DNA from: Azolla caroliniana
Taxonomy: Eukaryota; Plantae; Polypodiophyta
Length of the DNA stretch: 64,000 nt
Reading direction: 5' to 3'
Assembly (NCBI GenBank): GCA_043228905.1
Contig: JBHGNT010000014.1
Span: 12,524,001 to 12,588,000 of the forward strand
The notes beneath the pieces were generated by a model, which was not told the DNA's origin, did no database searches, and saw only the letters and a program-made list of their open reading frames with translations. This document shows positions 12,905-25,029 of the stretch, piece by piece. Made by a program: the position numbers and the translations under genes. Position 1 is the stretch's first letter, and every line of letters starts with the position of its first letter.

Positions 12905-15042
12905 TCCTCCCGGCTCTCGCCACCGAGAGATTCGCGGTTTCTCTCGTGGTTCGGCCGCACCGTCAAAAATTGCACCGAATGGCGCCCGTCCTGGCTTTTG
13001 ATCCTCGCGTAGGCCGAACCGTTGTCCAGCACCTTGGTCTCCATTCTCGCCGCCGTGATGTATGGTTCCCCTACTATGACCGGATGCGAGGACGTCTCCT
13101 GTACGAAGAAGTGCTGGTCAATCTCGACGTCGCCGATCTTTACTCGCACATTCGGGCAGGCCCTGTGCAGTTCCTCGGTGGCGCGCCTCGCCGCCCGTAT
13201 CTTTCACCCGTGCTTGGTGTTGATCGGCCACTTCCCCTTCTTATAGAAGTCCATGGACATTAGGTTTATTTCCAAACCGTGGTCCACCAACGGTTCCCGA
13301 ACATCTCCGATCTTTACCGGGGTCTCCGTGGTCGCTCGGGCCCAGTGTGGCCTCGAATAGTGGCTCTCCGCCCACTCATCTTCCAGCGCCGAGTCGTCGA
13401 TGTGCGTCGTCCGCACCTCCACCGGTTTTTCCGGTTCCGTCTCTGTCAACAGTCTCTTCCGTTTCACCAAGTCTACAATGGAGTCGTGGAACTCTTTCTT
13501 GGCGATCCCTAGCACCTCCCGTAATGACAGCTCCACTTTGCTGTCGAGGATCCGTTCTTCTAGGACCTTTCGTAGGTCCGTAGCCCTTTCTATTTCTGTC
13601 CCCAGTCGGTACCCGCCCTTCCTGGGGTTATCTTGCGGGCCGGGCCCACCGGCATCGTTCCGTTGTTGTCCGAATCGGGTCTCGTACCGTTGTGAGGGCC
13701 CGGTCGCTCCGACTTTCCCCACTCGTTTCTCTTCTACCAGAGCCTCGTAGTTCCGGCAAGCGGCTTCTACGAAGCCCGTCTTTTCCTCGACTGGATCGCT
13801 CCACCCGGTTATTTCCCGGACCCGTCTCTCAGCGCAGTCCGTTTCATCTTTCCTCAGCCGCGCGACGGCAAGGCCTTCCAGCATTGCCGACCAGAAACCG
13901 TCTTTACTCTCCTTTCGGGCCTCGCTGCCCCCGACCCGAATACCGGCTGACGCCGAGTAGTGGATGGCCTCCACGTGTCGGGCCGCTGCCTCTTCCATCA
14001 GTCTCTTCATACCTCCTCGCCCGTCGTTTCGGCTCAGGGCCCTCCTGGTGTCGCCAGCGTGCACCCGACCTTCCCACATGTACACCACCCGGTTTCTCAA
14101 CGGCTCTGCGAAATCGCCGCAGTCCTTCCGAATGTGGCCGACCTCGTCGCACCACATGCACCTGTTCCCCGCTGCCGGCCGTCGGTCACGAGCCGGTTCG
14201 CCGCCTTCCCTTCGAGTCTGGGCGATCTGGAGATCCTTTATCGCCCGCGTCAACTCCTCTAGCGCTGCTCCTCCGGACGAGCCATTGACCATGTTGGTCG
14301 AAGCCGGACTGGTTTCGAGCCATTCCCGGGTTTCTTCCCTTCGCACTTGCGGCGCCGGTTCAAGCCTCCTTGCTGTAACAGAGCCCGCACCGGCCGCCTC
14401 GTTGTCAGCCCATTCTCGCCGTTTGTCGAAACGGCCACAGACTCTCTTAACCGCAGCCCAGTCGGTCGTCAACCCGTCTTCAGTTTCCAGCAAGGAGCAG
14501 ACTTGATCCCGGTCCCGCTCGTCCACCGACTTGACGAACAGTAGGACCCGGCTCGTATCCAGGATGGTTCGGTCAAGCGCCGAAAGGCGCGCAAAGCGTT
14601 CTTCGAACTCCCGGAGGAGTGCCGACGCGTTTCTTCCTTTGCCGGGGGACTCCACCCATTCCATGAAGTCCCGTTTCGAAAGCCGGAGCGCGTCGTCCAA
14701 CCCATATTTCTCTAGGAGTCGGCCTTCGAACTCCTCCCAGGTACGGCTCTCCGCCCGTACCTCGAGCACCTCCGCATGGATGCTCGGCATCGCCACTCGA
14801 GGGAACCCGGCAAGACGCCTCTCTTCCGGAATGTCCCGCATCAGCATTTCCGCCCCGTAGGACGCCAAATACTTCGTAGCATCCTTTCCGCTGAAACGGC
14901 CGATCGTACCGACGACCGCCTCAATGGCTCTGTCGAGGGCACTGGTGCCCTCGCGTGTGCTCAATATCCAATCCACGGCCGAAGCCATGGCCTCTGCAAG
15001 ATCCGACCCCCTTATCTTCTGCTCTTCTGCCGCCTCTTTCAC
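12898..15042 (-). pseudogene. gag: Gag-protease polyprotein, broken by a W-to-stop change at 13204-13206
   Basis: ORFs 13204-15042 and 12898-13149 share a frame. CMWCDEVGHIRKDC knuckle and VDHGLEIN protease motif. Colinear with the intact ORF 55290-57416. Confidence 0.9.
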
Positions 15043-17014
15043 GTCGGGTTCACCAAATATGTCGAGGTATTCCTCGCGGATGCGTGGAGTGAGGCGGGAC
15101 CTCGGGGGTCCTGTACCGAAGAGTAAGAGAGAGAGAGAAGGGACCCACTACGTGCGAGTGTAGATTCACAGGGACACGGCCCTTCGACGCAAAGACGCGA
15201 ATGGAACAGCGACACAGAAAGACACGAAAGTATGTATGTATTGACAAGACAAACAACAAGAACATGAAGACAACAAACACGAAGTCGGTTACAACCGAAC
15301 AGGCCGGCGAACAGATGCCGATACCTGCTCGTAAACGCACAGAGGAGAAAGAGTAGGTTGGAGGTGCTGCCAGAAGCACTCGGGCATTCCTCAGAGCAGC
15401 GCGAGCCTCCTGAAACCTGCACAGAAGGAAGCTATGGCGTTTGCAACCGGAAAGAGAGAGAGAGAGAAGCCTTCGCACGCAAACCGATAGCACTTCGTCC
15501 TCGACTCTCCGCGATCCCCTTACTCTCCTCGTCTCCCTCCTTTTTATAGGCAAGGAAGGAGCCGTTTCCCCTTTACTCCCTACCTACCGAATCTACCTAG
15601 GATCTCCTATGTACAACTTAAGGCGCACGTGCATGAAGAGTCGGTTTCTACGCTTCGGTACACCGATTCCGCTTGTGGACGGTTTTCTTCACGACACCGC
15701 ATCAGCCGGCATATCCGAATCGGTGAAACCGGCAAGTTGGGGTTTACCAGAGCGGAATCGGAGGCACATACTTGAGGTGCCTTTCAAGTACCAGAGTATC
15801 CATTTTATTGCATTCCAATGCTCCTTGCCAGGATTGCTCATAAACCGGCTCACCATTCCGACTGCGTATCCGATAACCGGTTGGGTACACACCATTGCGT
15901 ACATTAAGCTCCCGACCGTAAAGGCATATGGTATCTTCATCATATCCGCCTTCTCTGCCTTTGTCTTCGGGCTTTGCTTATCGGATAACTTGCAGTTTGC
16001 CGAAAGTGTCGATCCGACCGGTTTCGCATCTGACATGTTGAACTGCTGAAGCACCTTTGTCACATACTTCTCCTGTGACAGCCACAATTGCTTCTTCGAC
16101 CGGTCATGGATGATATGCATCCCCAGTATCTATCTTGCTGAACCCAAGTCTTTCATTGAGAAGGTCCGGTTCAAAGCCTTCTTCAGAGCCTTCTTCAGAG
16201 CCTTCTTCAGCATCCGTATCTTGACTTGGTCTCGTCCGACGATCAGCATGTCGTCCACGTACAGGAGGAGTATCAGGAAGTCTCCACCTTCGAACTTCTT
16301 CACAAATACGCAGTGATCGGCCTCTGTCTTGTGGTACCCTTGATCGGTCATGAAGGAGTCGAACTTTTGGTACCATTTCCGGGGAGCCTGCTTTAATCCA
16401 TATAGGCTCTTCTTCAACCGGCAAACCAGGTGCTCCTTCCCTTTCTTCACAAATCCTTTCGGTTGCTGCATGTAGATCTCCTCTTCAAGGTCACCGTGAA
16501 GGAACTCCATCTTCATGTCTAATTGTTCTACCTCGAGATCCATGCTTGCCTCTATGCTCAGTACCGTCCGGATGGAAGTCATCTTTACTACCGGGGCAAA
16601 TATCTCGTCGAAGTCCACTCCTTTCTTCTGTTGGAATCCCTTCACCACGATCCTAGCTTTGTATCTTGGGGGGATGCCGACATCTCCTGGTTTTAGCTTG
16701 TACACCCACTTGTTTCGGAGTGCCCTCTTTCCTTTCGGCAACTCCACCAATTCATACGTGTGGTTCTCATGCGGGGAATCCATCTCATCCTGCATGGCAC
16801 TCAACCACTTGTGGCTGTGGGTGTCTCTCTTAGCTTCTTCGAAGATTTCCGGCTCCCCCTCATCGGTTAGCAGTACATGCTCTGGATCCAGAAATCTCCG
16901 GGGGACCCTTCTTTCTCTGAGGAGATATCTGCGTCCTTGGTTTCCGGCAACCAGCTCCTCTGTTTGTTCTTCATCCAAATCCGATTCGGGATCTTAGCCG
17001 ATTCCGGTTTTCGC

Positions 17015-18465
17015 TGTCGCGAAAATACGACGAGGATACGCGAACTTGAGGCAGGACCCTGGGGCCTCCGACCAGAGGATAATCACATTCGTGCGTTTAT
17101 ATTTTTAACAAATAACGGAAAGAAGAAATTTAATAATTTTCATTAACAAAGGAAAAAGAAATTACAATATGTCCCAAGATTGGGATTTAGAAGTTTTAGG
17201 TTTACTAAGATTAATAGAAAAGAAAAATTAGGGGTTTTGGTAGATATGGCTTCTGTAGGGAAGATTAGGGTTTTTGAGTGTTATGGCTTCCGTAGGGAAT
17301 TTTAGGGTTTTTGAGTGTTATCGCTTCCGTAGGGAATTTAGGAATTATGAGAGTTATGGCTTCCCTAAGATAAGGGAGTTGAGAAGAAAATTAAGATAAT
17401 ATGGAGAGTATATCCGTATAGGAAAAAAATGGAATTATATATGGAGTTCTCCCTTGATCATAGCTTTTCCACTTTTTGTTGCATGGCCTCTACTTTTAGT
17501 TGCCTAGCTTTTTCTTTTGGTTGCATGTGACTGTCCACATGACCTTTACTTTTTCCATGCACTCCTTTAGTTGCTTGTGTCCACATGGCCTTTACTTTAG
17601 TTCTCTTCACTTTATTTTAGTTTGTTGCATGATCCAATCTTTCGTCCGTCCGCGTCCAACCTCGTCCGGTAGCCGGTTCCGGTTTGCTTGCCGGTTCCAG
17701 TTCCGGTTTTGCTTGCCGGCCGGTTCCAGTTTGCTTGACGGTTCCGATTCCGGTTTCGCTTGCCAGCCGGTTCCGGTTCCGATTTTGCTTACCGGCCGGT
17801 TTCCGGTTTTGCTTACCGGCCGGTTCCGGTTTTGCTTGCCGATCGGTTCCGGTTTTGCTTGCCGGTCGGTTCCGGTTCCAATTTTGCTTGCCGGTCGGTT
17901 CCGGTTCCAATTTTGCTTGCCGGCCGGTTCCAGTTTTGCTGTCAGCCGGTTCTAGTTTTGCTTACCGGCCGGTTTCCGGGGTTGCTTGCCGGCCGGTTTC
18001 CGGTTTACTTGCCGACCGGTTCCGGTTCCAGTTCCGGTTTGCTTGCCGGCCGGTTCCAATTTTGCTTACCGGCCGGTTTGCATACCCATTCCGGTTCCGA
18101 TTTTGTTTGCCAGTTCCCGTTCCAAATTTGCTTACCGGCCCGTTTCCGGTTTTAAGGAATTTGGCCACCATCATCTATCAAGACAAGGTGGCCAAAGTGC
18201 TCTTTGCACAAATGAAGAATGAGGGAGCTCAAGGTGCTTATATAGCCAGGGCCTTAAGTTTCCTATCTATGTGGGATAGTTTTAATTTTTCTATCTTCTC
18301 AAACTTTATTTTCACATAACTTGATATGTATTTCTCCATTTTGTATATAGTAAAATATGTTTTGAAGCTCTTGAGTATATCCATCTTTCTATAGTAAGAT
18401 ACTAATCTAATCTATAATAATTATTTCATTATTTTTTTACATAGTGTGTGAAGATTCACACGACA
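17015..18465 (-). mobile_element. Solo LTR (1451 bp) of a Gypsy family with TGTCG...CGACA ends
   Basis: Termini TGTCG/CGACA and flanks TCGC/CCGC. It interrupts the Copia integrase-RT spacer. Confidence 0.85.
17665..18150. repeat. CCGG-rich degenerate minisatellite inside the solo LTR
   Basis: Many copies of units like gcttgccggccggttccggttt. Confidence 0.9.
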
Positions 18466-21400
18466 CCGCTTCTTCTTCTTCTTTTTCCGGTTCGGTGTCC
18501 TCTCCATAACCGGCCGGTTCATCGAGTGTCAACCGGCTCTTAGCTGGGTAGGTCCGTATCTCATCGAACCGATCCTTACCGGTCAACTCAGAGTTCATTA
18601 TCTTCTTCTTCGACTCCCAGTCGGAAAGGGTCTTGTCCTACATGAAGATAATATCTCGACTCCGGAAAACCTTCTTGTCGACTGGATCCCACACTCGGTA
18701 GCCGAACTCATCATCAACATATCCGAGGAATATGCAAGGCCGGGACTTTGGATCCAACTTTCCTCTCCGGTCCTTTGCAACATGCACATAAGCGAGACAC
18801 CCGAACACCTTCAGATGCCGGTAAGACACTTCCTTACCGGTCCATACTCTCTATGGTGTGTCTCCATCCAAGGGCACTGAGGGTGATCTGTTTATCACAT
18901 ACGTCGCTGTCGACAGCCCCTTAGCTCGAAACGTCTTGGGTAGCTTAGCATGTGCTAGCATACTCCGGACCCTCTCCATTATGGTTTGGTTCATCCTCTC
19001 GGTCAGCTCACTGAGTTCGAGCGTCTTCGACACGGTAAATTCGACCCGGATTCCCTTCAAGTGGCAATACTCCTCAAACTGCCCCCGGTATTCTCCTCCG
19101 TTATCTGCTCGAACCGCCTTCAGCTTTCGACCAGTTTCTCTTTCCACTCTTGCGTGTAGCTCCTTGAAGACGGATAACACCTGATCCTTCATCTTCAATG
19201 GTGTGGCCCACAGCTTCTGGCTGTGGTCGACTATGAACGTCACGAAGTATTGCGATCCGGCATGTGACTTCGTGTCCACTTGACACACATCGGTATGCAC
19301 TAGCTCTAGTGGTGCATTCCGTCTCATCGGTGGCCTTGAGTGGAAGGAGGTTCGGTTTTGCTTACTGGCCAGGCAGTCGGTGCACTTCTCAAGATGAACG
19401 TCTTACACCAGAATGAGGTTGTCATCGGCTAGCCTCCTCATCCCCTTCTCGCTCATGTGACACAGTCTCTTGTGCCACAACTCACCGACAGTGTTAGATG
19501 CAACGTTTACTTCTTCCCGGCATAATTGGGCATTCATTAGGTACAATGTGTTGACTTTCCGGGCCCGAGCCACTATTAGGCTCCCTTTGCTGAACTTCAT
19601 GACACCGTTTCAAATGCTACCCATGTAGTCTTCATCATCTAATCGACCGGCTGATATCAGGTTCAGTCGAACCTCCGGAATGTGTTAGACATCCTTCAAC
19701 AACAACTTGCATCCGATTGGTGTTGTCAGCCACATGTCTCCTATGCCGACAATTCAGCATGTATCTTCATTCCCCATACGGACACAGCCGTGCTCACCGG
19801 TTGTGTAGGATGAGAAGCATTTCCGGTCCGGGGTCAGGTGGAACGACGGTCCGGAAACGACAACCCACGTTGTCTCATCACTGGAAAGGTTCAACTCACT
19901 CTCCTCGGTGATGAGCATAAACTCTTCTTCACTTGCCGCGATTGCCGTCGTTCCCTTCTGGTTCGCCCCCCTTCGGTCTTTACCGTTCCGGTCCTGTGAC
20001 CGCTTCGAATCGGTACTGTCGGTTTCCTTGTCTTTTTGGAAATGCTGATAGTTCTTCTGGAAGTGTCCCAACTTGCCGCAATAGAAGCAAGTAGGCCTCC
20101 CCCTTGACTTTGACCGTGTCCCCGACTTTTCCCGGTTCTCGGGACTACAATTCCTTTGTCTTCCGTGTTCCAATTCGGTAAGGAGCGCTTTGGAGTCGGA
20201 GCTCGTATCCTTGTCTTTCTAATGCACCTCCTCATCTAGCAAGCTTGACTTGACTCTTGCTAGGGATAACTGTTTTCCTTCCGGCCCGGCGTTGCCCAAA
20301 GTGACAACTAACGTCTCCTAGCTATATGGGAGGGAACCGAGCAAGAGCAATGCTAGTACCTCATCGGCGAGAGGTACTTTCAACGATGTTTCCTGGTGAA
20401 TCAGCCCCTGGAAGGCATTCATGTGATCCGCCATGCTGGAGCCATCTTGGTACCAGAGTCTTACAAGCTTTCGGAAAACCGAAACCCGATTAACAACATT
20501 TTTGTTCTGAAACATAATGCTGATCTTCTCCTAGAGCTCATGAGCCTTGCTCTCCTCATTGAAGTTGTTGTACAAACTCATGTTGATGAAGCACCGGATG
20601 TATGTCGTTGTCTTCATGTGCATCACCTCCCACATTGTGGCATCGATCTTGTCCGGTCTCTTGCCCCCGAACAGAATCGGCAACCAAAGATCTTTAACCA
20701 CCAACATGTCCCTCATCTTCGACTTCCACACTAAGTAGTTGGAGCTGGTGAGCTTGAACATGCCGCCAAATGAATCTTCCATTTTTTGTGTCGTTTCGCT
20801 CTGATACTAGATTGACGAGAATATGTGGAATAATGCTCGGCCACAACCGAGTTTTCAATCACTTCGTTGAGAATTACAAACACAACAACGGGAATGTGGA
20901 GATAGATGAACGTATACACAAAACACTGAAAGAGAGTGTACACAGTATGTTAACGGCGAAAACCCTAAATGCGAAAAACCATGAGAGCCCACGAACTCCA
21001 AACTATCACTATGTCAAAGGAATAAAACGGGGGGGGCACAGAGGCAACGACCTCGTGCTCACTCTCTTCGCTTGGCGGTTACAACAGAGAATCACTCTGC
21101 GTCTCTCTCTCTCTCTCTCTTTCTCTCTGTGTTACGCTTTGTACATCAGTTACACCAACAACACTATACAATGATAATAACAACACAATGATACACCCAC
21201 CCTCAAGAGTTTGCCCTAGATCATATTTATACTAATATGACTTTCGGGCTATTTACAAATATAGCCCCAATGGGCTCTCTGGAACATATTTACATATATG
21301 TCCCTTCATCCGATGAGAGGTTCTCATCGGGCCTTCATCATCCCATCCGGAGGAACCGAAATCCTAACAGATGGTGTGCACAACATTGAGACGAAGATAG

Positions 21401-24204
21401 ATATGGACGAGTCGATGGTGAATGATGGCAGTGACAAGACTTTCTCCATACTAGTTCCAGAGACTTGGGCAGTTGCGTCTGAGAACCAATAGAAGACCCA
21501 AGAGAAGGAAGGTGGCAACAAGGGGGAGTTCAAATCTAATGTGAAAGATGACATCAAGACAAAGGTGCCAAAGGCAATTTACCAAAGACAAATGGATTCC
21601 TTCGCACATTTTCTAGAGACTTGGGCAGTTGTGGATCAAAGACAACGTGAGACCCAAGAGACAGAAGATGATGGCGGGGAAGAGAAGGTTCAAGCTGTTG
21701 CAAATAACAAAGTTGGGGAGTGGCCAACAAATACGCATGGATCTCTCCACACTCATTCCGGAGACTTGGGCATTAACCGATGTAAGACCCAAGAGAAGGA
21801 CAATGACGACGAAGAAGCAAGTGTTGAAGCTGATGTGTGGGAGGAAGAGGTCAAGAAAAGCATAGAGACAAAAGTTGATGTGTACAACAAAGAGTTTGAG
21901 CAAACTATGACAAGGGATGGCGATGGCCAAGCAAGCCATCAGGATCCGAAGGATGTGATCAAAATATCTAGCAAAGATACTAGTGTGAAGATTGTTGACT
22001 CGAATATGAGAATGTATCATGAAACTAGACAATGTGAGAAATATAGAGCATGGTTGCGTAAGGATCTCAAAGTAGGCATGCACTTGAAGGTACTACATGG
22101 GGTAGTCAATGTCATTATTCAGATAAAGGCTTGGGGAGAAAGACACGAAACAAAAATGTGCGATGGGTCAAAGTGCCTTGACTAAGGAGATGGTCGAAAC
22201 GAAAGTGGAACATGCATAAAGCGTAAACGGTTATGCTCGGAAGGAGAACAAGGGGCCATGACAACTTGTCATGGTAAAGCAAAGAATGAGCGAATGATAT
22301 GGTGGATTGGGTGGTGACAATGATTCGAATGAAAGGAATGGACATGCTAGAAATGGAGGAATCATACTAATCACCATAGCCGAAATCTCACACTCTCTTC
22401 TTGGCACGTACTGGAGGACGTGCGGTTTGGTGGGGGTGGATGTCGTGAAGATTTTTGGCAACGGTGTGAAAATTGTGTGCAATGAACGAAATTGAGAAGG
22501 TGCAATGTGCACGTGTGAAAGGGGAGAAGACAACGCATATGCTAGCATGGTGTAAATAAGATTGAAATGAGAATCGTAAAAGAAAAGCTAGATGTAAAGT
22601 TAAAACATGTGCACGTGTGATGTGCGCTCAATTGTAAATATAAAAATAAGACTAAAGCCTAGTAACATTTAAGTGCATAGATAAGGGTGGAAGCAAGGCT
22701 TGAACCTTGCACCTCCAAGATAAGAAACAAATTAACTTACCACTAAAGCCACTATTGAGTGCTGTAGAATTTGTATATTTTCTTTTCATATTCAGTATTT
22801 TGTAGGAAGCAAACATATAGAAACCGGGGGCATAAAACCATGGTTTTAGCCCGTGGGTTTAGCCCATGGTTTTTGCATGGAGAGACCTATAAAAGCCTAT
22901 AGTTGGGCTTGTGTAAGGGAGGCAAGTGATGTAAGTGAAAAAGAAACTTTTAATCAAAGATTCAAATTATCCTAATGGTGATGTATCTTGTCTCGTAAAA
23001 CTAAAGTCAAGGGTTCAATCTCTATCTGAATCTCTCTCTTCATCCATCTCGCTTAGGCTACTAAAAACATCGAATCCTTTTGGTCTAGGACCGCGGTGGT
23101 CCCGCTTCATTTCGCGAACACGCGAGGATTTCCTCGACATCTTAGTTGGTGAAGAGCGGCAGGGGAGGATGAAGATGGACGAGGATTATCTCATGCAAGC
23201 AATGTCGAAAATGTTGATGGAATTTTCAAGAGAAGGTAAAAGACAAGATGCAACCCAACAAGCCGTCGAAAGCGTGGTCGAGTGAGTTGGCTATTTCGAT
23301 GGGGGCACAGTCCAAAATTTTCTAAAGGCGTACAATGCCGAGATGTATTTGAGAGGTGTGAACGAAGCAATGAGGCTAGAGTACTTTTGTCTAGTGGTGG
23401 CCGAACCAATCTACAAAGAGATGAAAGATCTTCAAAAACTTCACGATTCATGGGTGTCCTTCGAGGAAACTTTACGAGAGGTATATGGTTATGAAGATCT
23501 ATAGGGACGAGGTCTATACGAGTTTGACCAATGGGTGTCATCAATGAAGACTCACCAGAGTGCTACGCATGCATTTGTTGAGTTTGAGTGTTGCTTCGCT
23601 CAACTCTCGGAGAGGGATCAAGATTGGTGGGGGCGAGTAAAGTCCTTATGTTCGTAAAGTCAGTTGATCGAAAGGAAAGGAAGGCACTTGGAATCCAACT
23701 TGAAGACGATGATGGAGCAAATGGCCTCACCGAGAATTGGGCCGAAGTTGAAAGAGTATGTCGATGACATGACAAGAGGAAGATGTGAATGTTGTCGACA
23801 TTGTCATGAACCATGAGGGAAGATCGAAGAGGAACGACATGCAACAATGCACCACCACTAAAGGAAGAGAGCTCGAAGTGGGAGATAGGTCGGTACTCGA
23901 CATAGAAGCCTTCGTAAAGGAGGCATATGAGAGTTTAAAGGTGCAAGTCAAGGCCAAAGAGAAGTTTAGAATGGAGCCAAAACCGAGGCAATTGGTGATC
24001 GACGAAGAGGAGACCTCCCGACAAATGCAGACTAATGATGCGGCCAATACGAAGGCCCAGGTTTGGTACGACAGTACCACGGGAGAAGGTGTGAAACAAG
24101 CCACCTTCTCGACTTACGGAGGAACGACGGTCAAGAGAAAGGCCGAAGACTCGAGAGAGGGAAATGCTGCTTTAAGAGTGGACGAGCATTTCTGAACATA
24201 TGCT

Positions 24205-25029
24205 TTGTCCGAAATATCGAGTGATGAAGGTGCAAGCATGAGGAAAGCTTGTGTGATCAAGGGATGTAAAGAGTGCGAGGTTGACGTGATTGAGGCAGTA
24301 GCCACGAGGAACGACATTGAGTCGCAGATGGTTATGGAAGAGTCCACGACGGATGACCGTCTCGAGACTTTCCCAACACTTGATCTAGAGACTTGGGTAG
24401 TTGCGTCCGAGAGCCAACATGAGACCCAAGAGATGGAAAGTGGTGGGGAAGCAAATATTGAAGACAATGCGAATAACAACATTGAGCAAAAGATGGCTAT
24501 GGATGAGAAGACGGTGACCGATGGTGTCGAGGTTCTCCCCACAATTGTTCCTGAGACTTCGGCAGTTGTGCCTGATTGCCAACGTGAGACCAGAGAGGCG
24601 GAAGGTGGCGATAGGAAATTGAATGACCGAAATGGCGATGAGGACGACGAGGTGAATGACCACAGACGAAGGGATCCCTCCACACCGGTTTCGGAGACTT
24701 CGACAGTTGTGTCCGAGAACCAACATAAGACCGGAGAGATGGAAGGTGGCGGCGAGGAGATGAGGGTCAAAGCCAACACATACAAAGGAATAGTGGCCAA
24801 CAAGCAGGCCAAAAACAAAGATACAATAGAGTTCGATGAAGAGCCAGAGAGCGGCAAGAAAGGAAGAACCGGAATACAATCTGGATTGAAGATGACGCGG
24901 TTGGTATTCCGACTCGAATGGAAGCCGACCCAGATGGGAACTGATCAACCGAACCCGACCCAACGGAAACCTGGATGGAAGCCGACCCCGGATGGAAGCC
25001 ATTTGTCTAAGTCCGATTTGGCCAAATGA
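24205..25029 (+). CDS. Acidic repeat-containing ORF of the non-autonomous Gypsy derivative, function unknown
   Basis: 274-aa open frame with three ETxxVxxExQxETxExEGG units. Confidence 0.35.
   Translation: MSEISSDEGASMRKACVIKGCKECEVDVIEAVATRNDIESQMVMEESTTDDRLETFPTLDLETWVVASESQHETQEMESGGEANIEDNANNNIEQKMAMDEKTVTDGVEVLPTIVPETSAVVPDCQRETREAEGGDRKLNDRNGDEDDEVNDHRRRDPSTPVSETSTVVSENQHKTGEMEGGGEEMRVKANTYKGIVANKQAKNKDTIEFDEEPESGKKGRTGIQSGLKMTRLVFRLEWKPTQMGTDQPNPTQRKPGWKPTPDGSHLSKSDLAK

Larger units (their letters stand above)
8748..15696 (-). mobile_element. Full-length non-chromovirus Ty3/Gypsy element (Phygy-like, inferred) with nonsense mutations
   Basis: 637-bp LTRs at 8748-9384 and 15060-15696, with three substitutions seen. 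4-bp TSD CCGC. PBS TGGTGAACCCGACGTGA (tRNA-Trp). PPT next to 9385. Confidence 0.97.
8547..15807. repeat. 154-bp tandem duplication in the Copia RT/RNase H region; the second copy is split by the Gypsy insertion
   Basis: Copy 1 is 8547-8700. Copy 2 is 8701-8747 plus 15701-15807. Confidence 0.9.
7572..21369 (-). mobile_element. Full-length decayed Ty1/Copia element (Tnt1/Tork-like) with two nested insertions
   Basis: LTRs 7572-8142 and 20813-21369; TSD GATGG at 7567-7571 and 21370-21374. Mutated Met PBS at 20798-20809. gag 20531-20782, integrase 18851-19327, RT 16130-16978 (YVDD), RNase H 8153-8700 (CDNQSAI, HSRTKHI). Confidence 0.95.

Noticed and set aside
9670-15163. Many antisense ORFs over the Gypsy gag and pol
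   Set aside because: Expected shadow ORFs of GC-rich coding sequence; none shows a recognisable domain.
16176-16211. KKAL x3 in the Copia RT
   Set aside because: A 12-bp slippage duplication in a dead element.
17500-18319. Overlapping ORFs of up to 211 aa
   Set aside because: They come from the stop-poor CCGG minisatellite in a solo LTR.
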